NCBI GenBank assembly: GCA_038749595.1
Contig: JBCDHW010000013.1
Location: forward strand, 2,002-66,001
Length of the DNA: 64,000 nt
Direction of reading: 5' to 3'
DNA from: Pseudomonadota bacterium
Lineage (GTDB): Bacteria; Pseudomonadota; Alphaproteobacteria; Caulobacterales; Parvularculaceae
A model generated the notes under the pieces. That model did not search any database and was not told the origin of the DNA. It saw nothing but the letters and a program-made list of their open reading frames with translations. The translations under genes were made by a program, and so were the position numbers. Each line of letters begins with the position of its first letter. Positions within the stretch are counted from its first letter, which is position 1. This document shows, piece after piece, positions 20,554 to 29,323 of the stretch.

Positions 20554-20747
20554 AAATAACCTCAGCAATCAAGGGATTAATTGAGGCTAATGGATCCCGC
20601 CAAAGGTGGCAAAGTCTTTTGACGTCTACACTCACTGACAATTACGGCGACCACGCAGTGACTACTGCGCATGTGAATACTTATATGAACAGATACATTG
20701 CTTATACAATGCTTGAGTATCCATGCCTTTCTGAGAGTTATGATGCA

Positions 20748-20766
20748 CATGAGTATGTCACTCATG
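20748..20766. promoter_or_regulatory. 7-5-7 inverted repeat CATGAGT-ATGTC-ACTCATG in the AT-rich region upstream of the ECF gene
   Basis: palindrome read directly; TGAGTAT also occurs at 20714-20720; function unknown. Confidence 0.4.
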
Positions 20767-20991
20767 CCGAAAGCCAGGTGCTGGTTGGTTCTGTCTCGCG
20801 GCAGCACCCGGAGGCTGTTGTGGTCGTTCACCCGATCCGAGGCCGATGCAGCGAAGGACACCGTTAGAGTTCGCGGCACCCGAACGACCGCAAGGGCGGA
20901 ATGGCGCCAGTCACGCCCACTCACAGCGAGAATTCTCAGATGAAGAACATTTCACAAGGCGGTGAAATGTCGAACACGACTTTAGTCGAAC

Positions 20992-21198
20992 CTAGGGCGC
21001 CTTCCGGATCAGCCGCAGCTTCTCCTCGGCTGCGTCAGGGTGCTCTTCAGTGAGGCTAAGGCCAAGCGCGATAAGCTCGCGGACAGCTGAGGACCGGTTT
21101 TCCGCACGATGCGCGAAACGCCAGTCGTCAATGTTCTCAAGCTCGCTGTCCGTTACGAGGATTTGGAGCTTAGAGAGCCGTTTTTCATGTGCCGCCAT
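20992..21198 (-). CDS. small ribbon-helix-helix-like DNA-binding protein
   Basis: KLQILVTDSELENIDDWRFAHR..NRSSAVRELIALGL, a recurring small alphaproteobacterial family (beta-strand, helix, turn, helix). Confidence 0.75.
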   Translation of the reverse strand: MAAHEKRLSKLQILVTDSELENIDDWRFAHRAENRSSAVRELIALGLSLTEEHPDAAEEKLRLIRKAP

Positions 21199-21264
21199 AA
21201 AGCGTCGACACTCCACACTGACCCTGCCCGGGCAGCGGCCTACTACTGATGGGTCGTTGTGCTT

Positions 21265-22026
21265 CTAGGCACGCCGAACGTCAAGGCAGTGGACCACTGC
21301 CGCACGAACATTATCAGGCGTATAGGGTTTGCTGATCACGAAATCTGGTTCGATTTCATCACCATGGAGGACGCGATCGGGAAAGCCTGTGATGAAAACT
21401 ACAGGGCAATCGTGCACTTCGCTGATCTGCGTCATCGCTTCGACACCGGTCGTATTCCCGTCCAGATTGTAGTCGGCGAGAATGATGTCGGGGCGATTCG
21501 CGGCCGCCTTTTCAACCGCCGCCGGCGCAGTGCGGGCCTGTCCGCAAACGTTGACACCAAGCCGATCGAGGATCCCGCGGATGTCGGCCGCAATCAGCGG
21601 CTCATTCTCGACCACGAGAGCCGTTGCTGAGGTCTCCACAGCAAGCGCATTTCTCGTCGCATGCAGCAGCGGAATGGGGTCACGCTTCAGCCCAATGACC
21701 TGCGCCGCGGTCTCAGGTTGGAGCCCCAAGGCATCGACCATCAAAAGAAGAAGCCGCGAGTCCTCTGGCGGTACGGGTAAGGAGTCGATCAAAGCCGCAT
21801 CTGAAAAGAGCGTGGGATTCGCGACCCTTTCCTTCACGGCCATGCGCCAGGAGTGCAGAAACGCCGACATCATATCGACGACAGAAGACGAAGAACTGGT
21901 CGGGTCGATCGAAACGCGCGCCATCGTCAGACGCAGAAGCTCATCGCCAATCAGTCGGTCAGCAAAAACTGCTCGGGAAAATTGGCGGACGACCGCAAGC
22001 GGGGGGCGTGTCATCACGTTTAACAT
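21265..22026 (-). CDS. phyR: PhyR-like response regulator (degenerate sigma-like N-terminus plus C-terminal receiver)
   Basis: LVVENEPLIA.DI, RPDIILAD, PVVFITGFP.R.L.G...EP.FVI.KPY; N-terminal R.FSRAVF....GD resembles the PhyR sigma-like domain. Confidence 0.8.
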   Translation of the reverse strand: MLNVMTRPPLAVVRQFSRAVFADRLIGDELLRLTMARVSIDPTSSSSSVVDMMSAFLHSWRMAVKERVANPTLFSDAALIDSLPVPPEDSRLLLLMVDALGLQPETAAQVIGLKRDPIPLLHATRNALAVETSATALVVENEPLIAADIRGILDRLGVNVCGQARTAPAAVEKAAANRPDIILADYNLDGNTTGVEAMTQISEVHDCPVVFITGFPDRVLHGDEIEPDFVISKPYTPDNVRAAVVHCLDVRRA

Positions 22027-22115
22027 GGCGGGCTTAGCCCCTTTCGTATGCTGCCCCAACACAACGTGTGTGCGGCAGTCTCGAACAGCGAACTTCAACC
22101 CTGGCTCTGAAATAC

Positions 22116-22535
22116 TTAAGCATCCGCGCGCAGAGTCCAGTGGTTCGAGAAGAGAAAGTCGCGGGTCGCAAGCAAAAGTGATCGCACATCGGGCTCGTCC
22201 AGCCCCATGATCCCCGCTGCCTCTTCAATGGAAAATTCCTCAATCACCACCAGCGCGAATGCCACACGCTGATGGTAAGGGAGAGACGAAAACCTCGCCA
22301 CGATCGACCGCGGCTGGCTCACACCGAGGGAAACATCCTCCTGATCAAACGCGGACATTTGACCCAACAAAGCGCGAAACGCGCCCGCGATGGTGTCACC
22401 AGGGTGTTTATTTTCAAACGGTTCGATCGCATCAAGCGCGCTTAATGCATGGCCGCTGGACGGCGCGATACAAAGCGCGAAACGGCTGAGGCGGGCCACC
22501 AAACCCGGAACTTCACTCGGTGCTTCAATAGACAT
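22116..22535 (-). CDS. stand-alone degenerate sigma-like protein (PhyR N-terminal-like, region 2/4 remnants)
   Basis: L.RFAL (region-2-like) and LPYHQRVAF.LVVIEEFSIEEAAGIMG (region-4-like); no receiver domain. Confidence 0.65.
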   Translation of the reverse strand: MSIEAPSEVPGLVARLSRFALCIAPSSGHALSALDAIEPFENKHPGDTIAGAFRALLGQMSAFDQEDVSLGVSQPRSIVARFSSLPYHQRVAFALVVIEEFSIEEAAGIMGLDEPDVRSLLLATRDFLFSNHWTLRADA

Positions 22536-22637
22536 CCCGATCAAAATAGTTCGGCGATCGCCGAATGGGAACGGTTTTGGCCACAAATTTCACATTTTTG
22601 CGATTTTGATCGCAATCGTCACTAGACGCGCGCGGTT

Positions 22638-23930
22638 TTAGGAGGCCGCAGAGGCCAGGGGCACGGTCATGGTGGCGATGAGCCCGCCCACCTCACGGTT
22701 CTTGAGCGAAAGTGTTCCGCCGTGGGCCTCGGCGACGGCCTTCGCAATCGAGAGGCCCAGGCCAGTTCCACCCTTTGCTCGGCTACGCGAGGGCTCAGCA
22801 CGCTCAAACGGTTGGAGCATCTGTTCCATCAGCTCTGGGGGGATACCCGGCCCGTCATCGGTCACCACAAACTGTGCGCACTGCCCCGATTGATAAACGG
22901 AGACCTCAGCGTGGGTGCCGTAGCGCACAGCATTATCGATAAGGTTCCTGAGGGCGCGCAACAACGCTTGCGGCGCACCATCGACGGTCAGGCCTTCGGT
23001 CTCGCGGATGCTGAGCACCTCGGCCGCATAGTCCGCCTGCAGATTACGCAGAAGCGCATCGGCGCGAACCCGCTCACGCCCGTCGGGGGTCGTCGCCTGC
23101 GAGAATGCTAGGACATCGTCGAGGGTCGCTGCCAACGCTTCGATCGAAGAGATCATCTCGGCACGAAGCTTTTCGTCAGCCACAGACTCAACGCGAATTC
23201 GCAGGGATGCGAGGGGCGTTCTGAGGTCATGGCCGATCGCACCAAACATCACCGCTTTCTCTTCTAATGTCTTCAGTACACGTTGCTCCAGCGATGCAAA
23301 GGCCTTGCACAGTGCTTCGACGTCGGGTGGCCCGCCTGACGGTAGGGAGGGTGCCGGCCTTCCCGTCAAGAAACCGTCGGCTGCAGCGGTCAGCTGGCGC
23401 AGGGGGGTTGCCACGCGGCGACCGACCCAGACCGCAGGAATGAGAAGGACAAGGGTCAGAACGGCCGTCTGTACGCTGATCGCCACCCATGGCGCACGCA
23501 CCGAGGGCGGAAGGATCTGCCGATAATGGATCCAACGCCCGTCGGTCAGTTGCGCCGCTGCGATCACAAAGGGAGGCCGTCCGCGTTCGGCAAAGACGAC
23601 GACCCTGACGTCGCGGTCCCCCAGGTCATTGTCGGCGAAGACGCGCAGCAAGGCCGACTCGGCGGTTTCGTCGCGCACGCCCTCTTGGGGCGGTCGCGAT
23701 AGGATGCGCACCGCCTGGCGGCGACCCAGGCGGCGACTTGCTCCGGGAGAGAACTCGGCCATGCGAACGGCCTGGGTCAGGCGCTCGGCGGTAATGTCTT
23801 CAAACCGCTCCCATCGTAAGTTACGCTGGACCTCAACCAAAACTAAGCCGTTGATCAGCTGACAGATCAAAACCAACGCGACGATCAGAAGTGTCAGGCG
23901 GGCTGATATTCCGAGCTTAGGAAATTTCAC
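22638..23930 (-). CDS. sensor histidine kinase (2 TM, HAMP, HisKA, HATPase)
   Basis: AIGHDLRTPL, RNLIDNAVRYG, DDGPGIP, GTGLGL. Confidence 0.95.
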   Translation of the reverse strand: MKFPKLGISARLTLLIVALVLICQLINGLVLVEVQRNLRWERFEDITAERLTQAVRMAEFSPGASRRLGRRQAVRILSRPPQEGVRDETAESALLRVFADNDLGDRDVRVVVFAERGRPPFVIAAAQLTDGRWIHYRQILPPSVRAPWVAISVQTAVLTLVLLIPAVWVGRRVATPLRQLTAAADGFLTGRPAPSLPSGGPPDVEALCKAFASLEQRVLKTLEEKAVMFGAIGHDLRTPLASLRIRVESVADEKLRAEMISSIEALAATLDDVLAFSQATTPDGRERVRADALLRNLQADYAAEVLSIRETEGLTVDGAPQALLRALRNLIDNAVRYGTHAEVSVYQSGQCAQFVVTDDGPGIPPELMEQMLQPFERAEPSRSRAKGGTGLGLSIAKAVAEAHGGTLSLKNREVGGLIATMTVPLASAAS

Positions 23931-24652
23931 CGGACACGGACTTTCGCCGCGAGTGTATAGCCGCCGCCGCGGACCGTCTTGATCAACATGGGATTGGCGC
24001 TGTCCCGCTCAACCTTCCGCCTTAATCGGCTCACCTGATTGTCCACCGATCGATCGAAGACATCGGCGCGGCGGTTTTGCGTCAGCTCGAGGAGGTCATC
24101 GCGGCTGACCACCCGGCCAGCACGTTCGGCGAGGACTTGGAGCAAGCGAAACTCTCCACCGGTCAGCGGGATCAATGCACCGTCACGCCCGACGAGTTGG
24201 TGGCGTGTCAATTGCATCGTCAGATCATCGAAAAGGTACGTTTCTGGAAGCTGGTCTTTATCCTCCGTACGCGTACCGCGGCGGAGGACAGCGCGGATCC
24301 GCGCCACCAGCTCGCGCGGTGAGAATGGCTTCGCGACGTAATCGTCAGCACCAAGCTCTAATCCCACCACGCGATCCGTCTCCTCAGCGCGCGCGGTTAG
24401 CAGGATTACGGGGAGATCCTGTGCGGCGAGGAGATAGCGGGCGAGGGATAGGCCGTCCTCGCCCGGCATCATCACGTCGAGCAACGCCAGATCAAACGCC
24501 TGCGCTGCGACGTGTTCCCGGGCCTCGGCCGCATCAGCTGCTGTGACGACGTCAAACTGCTCCCGCTGTAGATAGTCCGTAAGCGGTTCTCTGATGGAGG
24601 GTTCATCGTCGACAAGAAGAAGCTTTGCGGCCTTCGGCCCGGAAGGTGTCAT
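23927..24652 (-). CDS. OmpR-family response regulator
   Basis: LLVDDE, LLDVMMPGEDGL, GADDYVAKPF, RSVDNQVSRLRRK, TVRGGGY. Confidence 0.97.
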   Translation of the reverse strand: MTPSGPKAAKLLLVDDEPSIREPLTDYLQREQFDVVTAADAAEAREHVAAQAFDLALLDVMMPGEDGLSLARYLLAAQDLPVILLTARAEETDRVVGLELGADDYVAKPFSPRELVARIRAVLRRGTRTEDKDQLPETYLFDDLTMQLTRHQLVGRDGALIPLTGGEFRLLQVLAERAGRVVSRDDLLELTQNRRADVFDRSVDNQVSRLRRKVERDSANPMLIKTVRGGGYTLAAKVRVR

Positions 24653-25050
24653 CCGCGGCGTTCCCCGCGACGGTCACGGCGCGCATCGCGCGCAGCGTCC
24701 AATTCCTCATCACTCAAAACGCCGTCCCCGTCTGTGTCGATGTTATCGAACCGATCGCCTGCGTGCTCTTCGACTTCCGCTTCAGAGAGGAGGCCGTCTT
24801 CGTTGGCGTCTTGGGCTTCGAACATCCGCTTGGCCAGCCGAGCACGGCGGCCGGTTGCGCCGATTTCGTCCAGTGACACGTAGCCGTCGCCATTGTCGTC
24901 GGCGCGCGCATGGCGCTCGAGCGCACGCTCGATGGCTTCTTCGCGGGTGCGTGGCGGTTCGGGCCGGTCGCCGCGCGGCTGCGCTGCGGCAACACCAGCA
25001 AACGCGGTGGCGGCAACAGCGAGGCTCAGCAGGGTCGGTTTCATCGTCAT
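24649..25050 (-). CDS. secreted EF-hand domain protein
   Basis: signal peptide; DDNGDGYVSLDE, DANEDGLLSEAE, DTDGDGVLSDEE. Confidence 0.9.
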   Translation of the reverse strand: MTMKPTLLSLAVAATAFAGVAAAQPRGDRPEPPRTREEAIERALERHARADDNGDGYVSLDEIGATGRRARLAKRMFEAQDANEDGLLSEAEVEEHAGDRFDNIDTDGDGVLSDEELDAARDARRDRRGERRG

Positions 25051-25235
25051 AGCGGGTTTTCCTTCTTTGGGGTTTTGCGGTGGTCAACCGCGATGACAAG
25101 AAGGTGGGGCTTGGATGTCACGGCTGGTTGTCAGAAACCGCCCGACGTGTCGCAAAGTGTATTCGCAGGTCGCGCCCAGTCGCACGAAGCATGGATTGAC
25201 GACGCCCTTTTTGCGGGCCATACACCGCGCCCTCT

Positions 25236-25312
25236 GGCGGAGTAGCTCAGTTGGTTAGAGCAGCGGAATCATAATCCGCGTGTCGGGGGTTCAAGTCCCT
25301 CCTCCGCTACCA
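25236..25312 (+). tRNA. tRNA-Met (CAT), elongator type
   Basis: 77-nt cloverleaf GGCGGAG...CTCCGCTACCA, anticodon arm GCGGA-ATCATAA-TCCGC, TTCAA T-loop; TTGACG-17-CATACA promoter upstream. Confidence 0.96.
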
Positions 25313-25361
25313 CCCTTTCTCAGAGGCTCTTGAGTTCAACGGTCCCTTATCGCCGAGCGTT

Positions 25362-27344
25362 TCAGGCAAACGTGATGTCGCTGAAGGCGAAACGCCAATG
25401 GATCAACGCCGCGCCAAACGCGCCGTAGGACAACGCGAGCAAGGAGTGGTGGAGCTTCCGCCAAATCGAATATCCTGAGCCTTTCCAAGCGGGGAGCAGG
25501 CTGAGCAGCATCACGCCGCCGGTGGCGGCGACGAAGCTCGACGCCAGGGACAACGTGATCACGGACTGCGGCGGGAACACGGTCATCAGCTCGGCGAAGG
25601 ACTGTTCCTCAGTTACGGAAAACGCGCGCGCCGACAGACCGAACCAAATCATCGGACCAGCCGAGGCGAGGGTCAGGAACGACAGCACGCGACCGGTGCC
25701 CGAAACATAGTCAGGCCGCCCAAGCCGCCGCCAGAACCCGAGGACCGTTGTGACGAGGAACCCAACGACCGCGATCAGCGGGACAAAGAAAGTCTTCGGA
25801 TCTTCCCAAACGCACATCGGAAGCAACATCGATGCGCCGAAACTGTCCTGGACCCCGATCACACTGCCGTCTGCGGCGCGCTCGACATGCAGTCGGCTGC
25901 CCAGCGGATTTTCCCAGGTATCGGCTCCGATTGGCTGGTACGCACCGCCGCCGCCTCCACCGATGATGATGGCGCCGTCCTGGGCCGTGATCTCCGTGGC
26001 GTCGAAGATCGTGAAGGCTTTTGCGAACCCTGTGTGCGGGCGCCGGCTGGCGACATAGCTGCCCGCCAGCTCTTCAGCCGCGGCAACAGCGGCGTCTCCG
26101 GTAGGCGCATCATCGCGGACGCCGTCTTGCTCGAGCCCGCGGAGCTCCATTTCACGCGCAAAAAACAGCGGGGCGATCTGGGATAACGGTGTGTACGTCG
26201 TATGGCTGTTTTGCACCAAGAACACACCGCGATCGAGGTCAGGCGCCACCATGAAAACGGAGTAGACGGAATTGATTGACCCAGAGTGGCCATAAATGCG
26301 CAGGCCACGGAAGATCTGATCACTGAAACCGTGGGCCATGTCAGCGCCGAGGCTGTCATCCTCGAACGCGCGCGTCCGCATCAAGGCGTAGGTCTCCTCC
26401 TGCATGAGGCGGACGCCGTCGAGTGCACCGCGCCCCAGGTGGAAGCGCATCCATTTTGCCATGTCGCTGGTGGTGATGGTCATTCCGCCGAGCGGCGCAA
26501 ATGAGCCCGAGTCAAACTGTCCGTCGTCCTCAGGACCCCAGGGCGTGACGCTGTAGTTTTTGCCGGCCGCTAGCTGCTCGTAGGCCGCACCCTTGGTGCC
26601 CAGCGTGGTCCCTGTCATACCCAGCGGTTCAAGAATCTCCGTGAACAGGAAGTCGTCGTAACTGCCGGTGACGTCGTCGATAATCAGAGCCGCGAGGTTC
26701 GTTGCCCAGTTCGAGTAGGCGCGCACCGTTCCGCGATCATAGACTTGCGCCGGGCGCGTCTGCTCCATCGCGGCAAGACGCGGGGTGTCCTGAATATCCT
26801 TTGCGAACAGCGTGAACTCATCTTCTAAGCCGCTGCGATGGGCCATGATCATGTTGAGTGTGAGCGGCTTGTCCCCGGCGGGCATTTCGAAGCCTTTGAG
26901 ATACGTGTTCACGTCCGTATCAAGATCAAGTGCACCGCGTTCGACCAGCATCATCACGGATGTCCAAACGAACGTCTTGGAGATCGATGCCACGTGCCAC
27001 CGGGTTTCGTCCGGTGACACGGCGAGGCCTTCTTCGACATCCGCAAGGCCGTAGCCTTTGATCAGGAGGTCCTTCTCTGCGCTGACAACAGCGACGCCAT
27101 AGCCGGGGGCCCGGTAGGTTGCTCTGTACACGTCGAGGAGGCCGTCGATGTAGCTCTCAAGAGCGGGATCAGTTGGCGCATCGGCAGGCTCGGGCAACGC
27201 CTCGAGCTCGGCGGGAGCGCTTGCCGAGGGCTCTTCGCGCGCTTCGAAAAGGGCCTCTTCGGCTTCAAAGGTTTCATCGGGTTGGACGAATCCGGCCAAC
27301 GTCAACCCGGCTGCTAGAACTGCCAATATCCGCAAGATCTGCAT
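25362..27344 (-). CDS. serine hydrolase (beta-lactamase/peptidase S12 family) with C-terminal TM helices
   Basis: SxxK (ASISKTF), YxN (YSNW), HxG (GHSG); three hydrophobic helices at the C-terminus. Confidence 0.92.
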   Translation of the reverse strand: MQILRILAVLAAGLTLAGFVQPDETFEAEEALFEAREEPSASAPAELEALPEPADAPTDPALESYIDGLLDVYRATYRAPGYGVAVVSAEKDLLIKGYGLADVEEGLAVSPDETRWHVASISKTFVWTSVMMLVERGALDLDTDVNTYLKGFEMPAGDKPLTLNMIMAHRSGLEDEFTLFAKDIQDTPRLAAMEQTRPAQVYDRGTVRAYSNWATNLAALIIDDVTGSYDDFLFTEILEPLGMTGTTLGTKGAAYEQLAAGKNYSVTPWGPEDDGQFDSGSFAPLGGMTITTSDMAKWMRFHLGRGALDGVRLMQEETYALMRTRAFEDDSLGADMAHGFSDQIFRGLRIYGHSGSINSVYSVFMVAPDLDRGVFLVQNSHTTYTPLSQIAPLFFAREMELRGLEQDGVRDDAPTGDAAVAAAEELAGSYVASRRPHTGFAKAFTIFDATEITAQDGAIIIGGGGGGAYQPIGADTWENPLGSRLHVERAADGSVIGVQDSFGASMLLPMCVWEDPKTFFVPLIAVVGFLVTTVLGFWRRLGRPDYVSGTGRVLSFLTLASAGPMIWFGLSARAFSVTEEQSFAELMTVFPPQSVITLSLASSFVAATGGVMLLSLLPAWKGSGYSIWRKLHHSLLALSYGAFGAALIHWRFAFSDITFA

Positions 27345-27409
27345 CTCGCCCTCCCGCCACCTTAATGACGGGACGGTAAGCTCTCGTGAGCCTAAGAAGC
27401 AAGCGGCGT

Positions 27410-27799
27410 CTATGCCTGGCGCTGATGTTCCAGAAAGAGCATCCGCACCAGCATCGCGAAAAGGCCAACGCTGCCGGACAAACAGATCAGCACGATCCAG
27501 ACCTCTGACGCCATCCCCACCGCCCGCGCGCGGGGAAGCAGCAAGAAGTAAGCGGCACCCACCGACATCAGGAGGTCAACCCAGACCTGGATGCCCCACA
27601 TGTTGACCGTATGGTTCGGCCAAAAGCCAAGCGGACCCTCCAGGACGACTGCGGCGACGCTCCAGCCAGCGAAGGGGATGAGGAGAGCCGCTGGGAACAG
27701 CCATACCGGCCACGCCGCAGTCTTCTTGCTCTGGGTGATGACCAAGACGCTGGCAAAAGCGAAGAGCAGGGTTCCTAGCGCAAGAGCTTGGTAGTTCAT
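27410..27799 (-). CDS. small membrane protein (DUF2834-like)
   Basis: four TM segments, EG..GFW......WG.QVW.DL and GSVG motifs. Confidence 0.65.
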   Translation of the reverse strand: MNYQALALGTLLFAFASVLVITQSKKTAAWPVWLFPAALLIPFAGWSVAAVVLEGPLGFWPNHTVNMWGIQVWVDLLMSVGAAYFLLLPRARAVGMASEVWIVLICLSGSVGLFAMLVRMLFLEHQRQA

Positions 27800-27832
27800 C
27801 GTCTTTCTCCGTTCACGGCCACGTTCTGTCTG

Positions 27833-27878
27833 ATGTAGCGACCGCTACATTTGCTATCACGATGTAGCGGACGCTACA
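27833..27878. promoter_or_regulatory. two palindromic TetR-type operators (27833-27850, 27863-27878)
   Basis: ATGTAGCG-AC-CGCTACAT and TGTAGCG-GA-CGCTACA between divergent tetR and membrane-protein genes. Confidence 0.85.
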
Positions 27879-27885
27879 AGGGGGC

Positions 27886-28446
27886 ATGGCAGATCGAAAC
27901 GAACAACGCGCCCGGGTGGCTGAAACTCTGGTGGATCACGTCCTGGCCACGGGCCTTTCCCAGGTGAGTGTGCGCCAGCTCGCAGCGGCGGCGGGGATCA
28001 GCGACCGCATGCTGATCTATTATTTTGACAACAAAAATAATGCGCTGAGCGAGGTGCTCATGGCCGCGGCCATGCGGATGGAGGCCATGCTGAACGCTTC
28101 GCTGCCGCCTGATGCTGGCCTGCCGCGCGCGGCGCTGTTCGGGGTGCTGACAGAGGCCTTTCGGGACGAAGACACGAAGCTTTTCATGGCCCTATGGATC
28201 GAGATCATCGCCAAGTCTCTGCGCGAGCCAGAGCCTTATGGCCCCGTGGCGACGCGGATCGCGCTCTTTTTTCTGGATTTGATGACCGACCGCGTTGAGG
28301 GCCAAACCCGCGAGGAACGGCGCCGCAACGCCGGTCTCGTTTTCGCCGCGATCGACGGAATGGCAATGATCGAAGCGTGCCTGCCCGAAGACGAGACAGC
28401 GCCGATGCGCGAAGCCGTCGCTGCAGCGGTTGCCTCTGGGAGCTGA
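27886..28446 (+). CDS. TetR/AcrR family transcriptional regulator
   Basis: GL...SVRQLA.AAGIS.RMLIYYF.NK. Confidence 0.93.
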   Translation: MADRNEQRARVAETLVDHVLATGLSQVSVRQLAAAAGISDRMLIYYFDNKNNALSEVLMAAAMRMEAMLNASLPPDAGLPRAALFGVLTEAFRDEDTKLFMALWIEIIAKSLREPEPYGPVATRIALFFLDLMTDRVEGQTREERRRNAGLVFAAIDGMAMIEACLPEDETAPMREAVAAAVASGS

Positions 28447-28626
28447 GCCGCGAAAGAGGCTTTGTGCGGTAAGATTTTCGGGCGGCGCCGCCTTTTGCGG
28501 AACCTCTGCCCCAGTCCGCGTTCGCGCAGGAATGCTGCGCTGCAGCTACACGAATTGAAACATGGCGTGTTTCGAATGTGGTTAATATTCATCCGCAACC
28601 GGCACAGCTTATGCTTAGCTTCACAG

Positions 28627-29310
28627 ATGACCGCACGCTTCGCCAACGCTGCTGAGAGGGCCCACACGGCCGCTGAAGAGGTCTGGCACGCGGCAACACA
28701 CGGGCTCGGCATCGTCCTCGCGGTCGTTGCGTTGGTCTTTTTGGTGTTGAAAGCGACGATGGCGGGCGGCGCGAAAGAGATCACCGCCGTGTCGATCTAT
28801 GGCGGCACCGCGGTTCTGCTCTACCTGGCGTCGACGGTTTATCACGCTGCCTTCAGGTCGAGCTTTCAGCCTTTTCTCGAGGTGGTCGATCACGCGGCGA
28901 TCTATTTGAAGATCGCGGGCAGCTACACGCCGTTCGCGCTGATCACGCTGCCGACGGCATCGGGCACCGCGATCTTGATCGTCGTCTGGGCGCTCGCGGC
29001 GATTGGCATCGTCTTGAAGTTCGTCGCGCACTTTTTGTCGGGCATCCGCAAATACGATTGGATCAGCCTCGCCGGATATGTCGGCATGGGCTGGCTGGCG
29101 CTCTTCATCGCTTGGCCGCTGTTCCAGAACCTGCCGTTAGCGGGCTTCCTCTGGCTGGTTGGCGGAGGGCTCTGCTTTACCGTCGGTGCAGGGTTCTTTG
29201 CATGGAAGTCGCGCATGTACACCCACGCGATTTTCCATGTGTTCGTCCTGGCGGGGAGCATTTGCCACTTTGTGGCGATCTACCGATTTGTTCTGCCAAC
29301 AAGCGCGTAG
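28627..29310 (+). CDS. hemolysin III / PAQR family membrane protein
   Basis: EE..HA.THG, ASTVYH, DHAAIYLKIAGSYTPF, HAIFHVFVLAG. Confidence 0.93.
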   Translation: MTARFANAAERAHTAAEEVWHAATHGLGIVLAVVALVFLVLKATMAGGAKEITAVSIYGGTAVLLYLASTVYHAAFRSSFQPFLEVVDHAAIYLKIAGSYTPFALITLPTASGTAILIVVWALAAIGIVLKFVAHFLSGIRKYDWISLAGYVGMGWLALFIAWPLFQNLPLAGFLWLVGGGLCFTVGAGFFAWKSRMYTHAIFHVFVLAGSICHFVAIYRFVLPTSA

Positions 29311-29323
29311 GCGGCGCCGGGTT

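Noticed and set aside
20577-20943. ORFs 20619-20867 (+), 20577-20924 (-) and 20698-20943 (+)
   Set aside because: Mutually overlapping, atypical composition, no recognisable motifs or RBS; treated as non-coding
20560-22640. EcfG-type promoters (GGAAC-N16/17-CGTT) in the PhyR-like locus
   Set aside because: None found by eye at the expected positions on either strand
25312-27400. Genomic island integrated at tRNA-Met (or at tmRNA)
   Set aside because: No integrase, no duplicated tRNA or tmRNA 3' end seen, and flanking genes have ordinary GC
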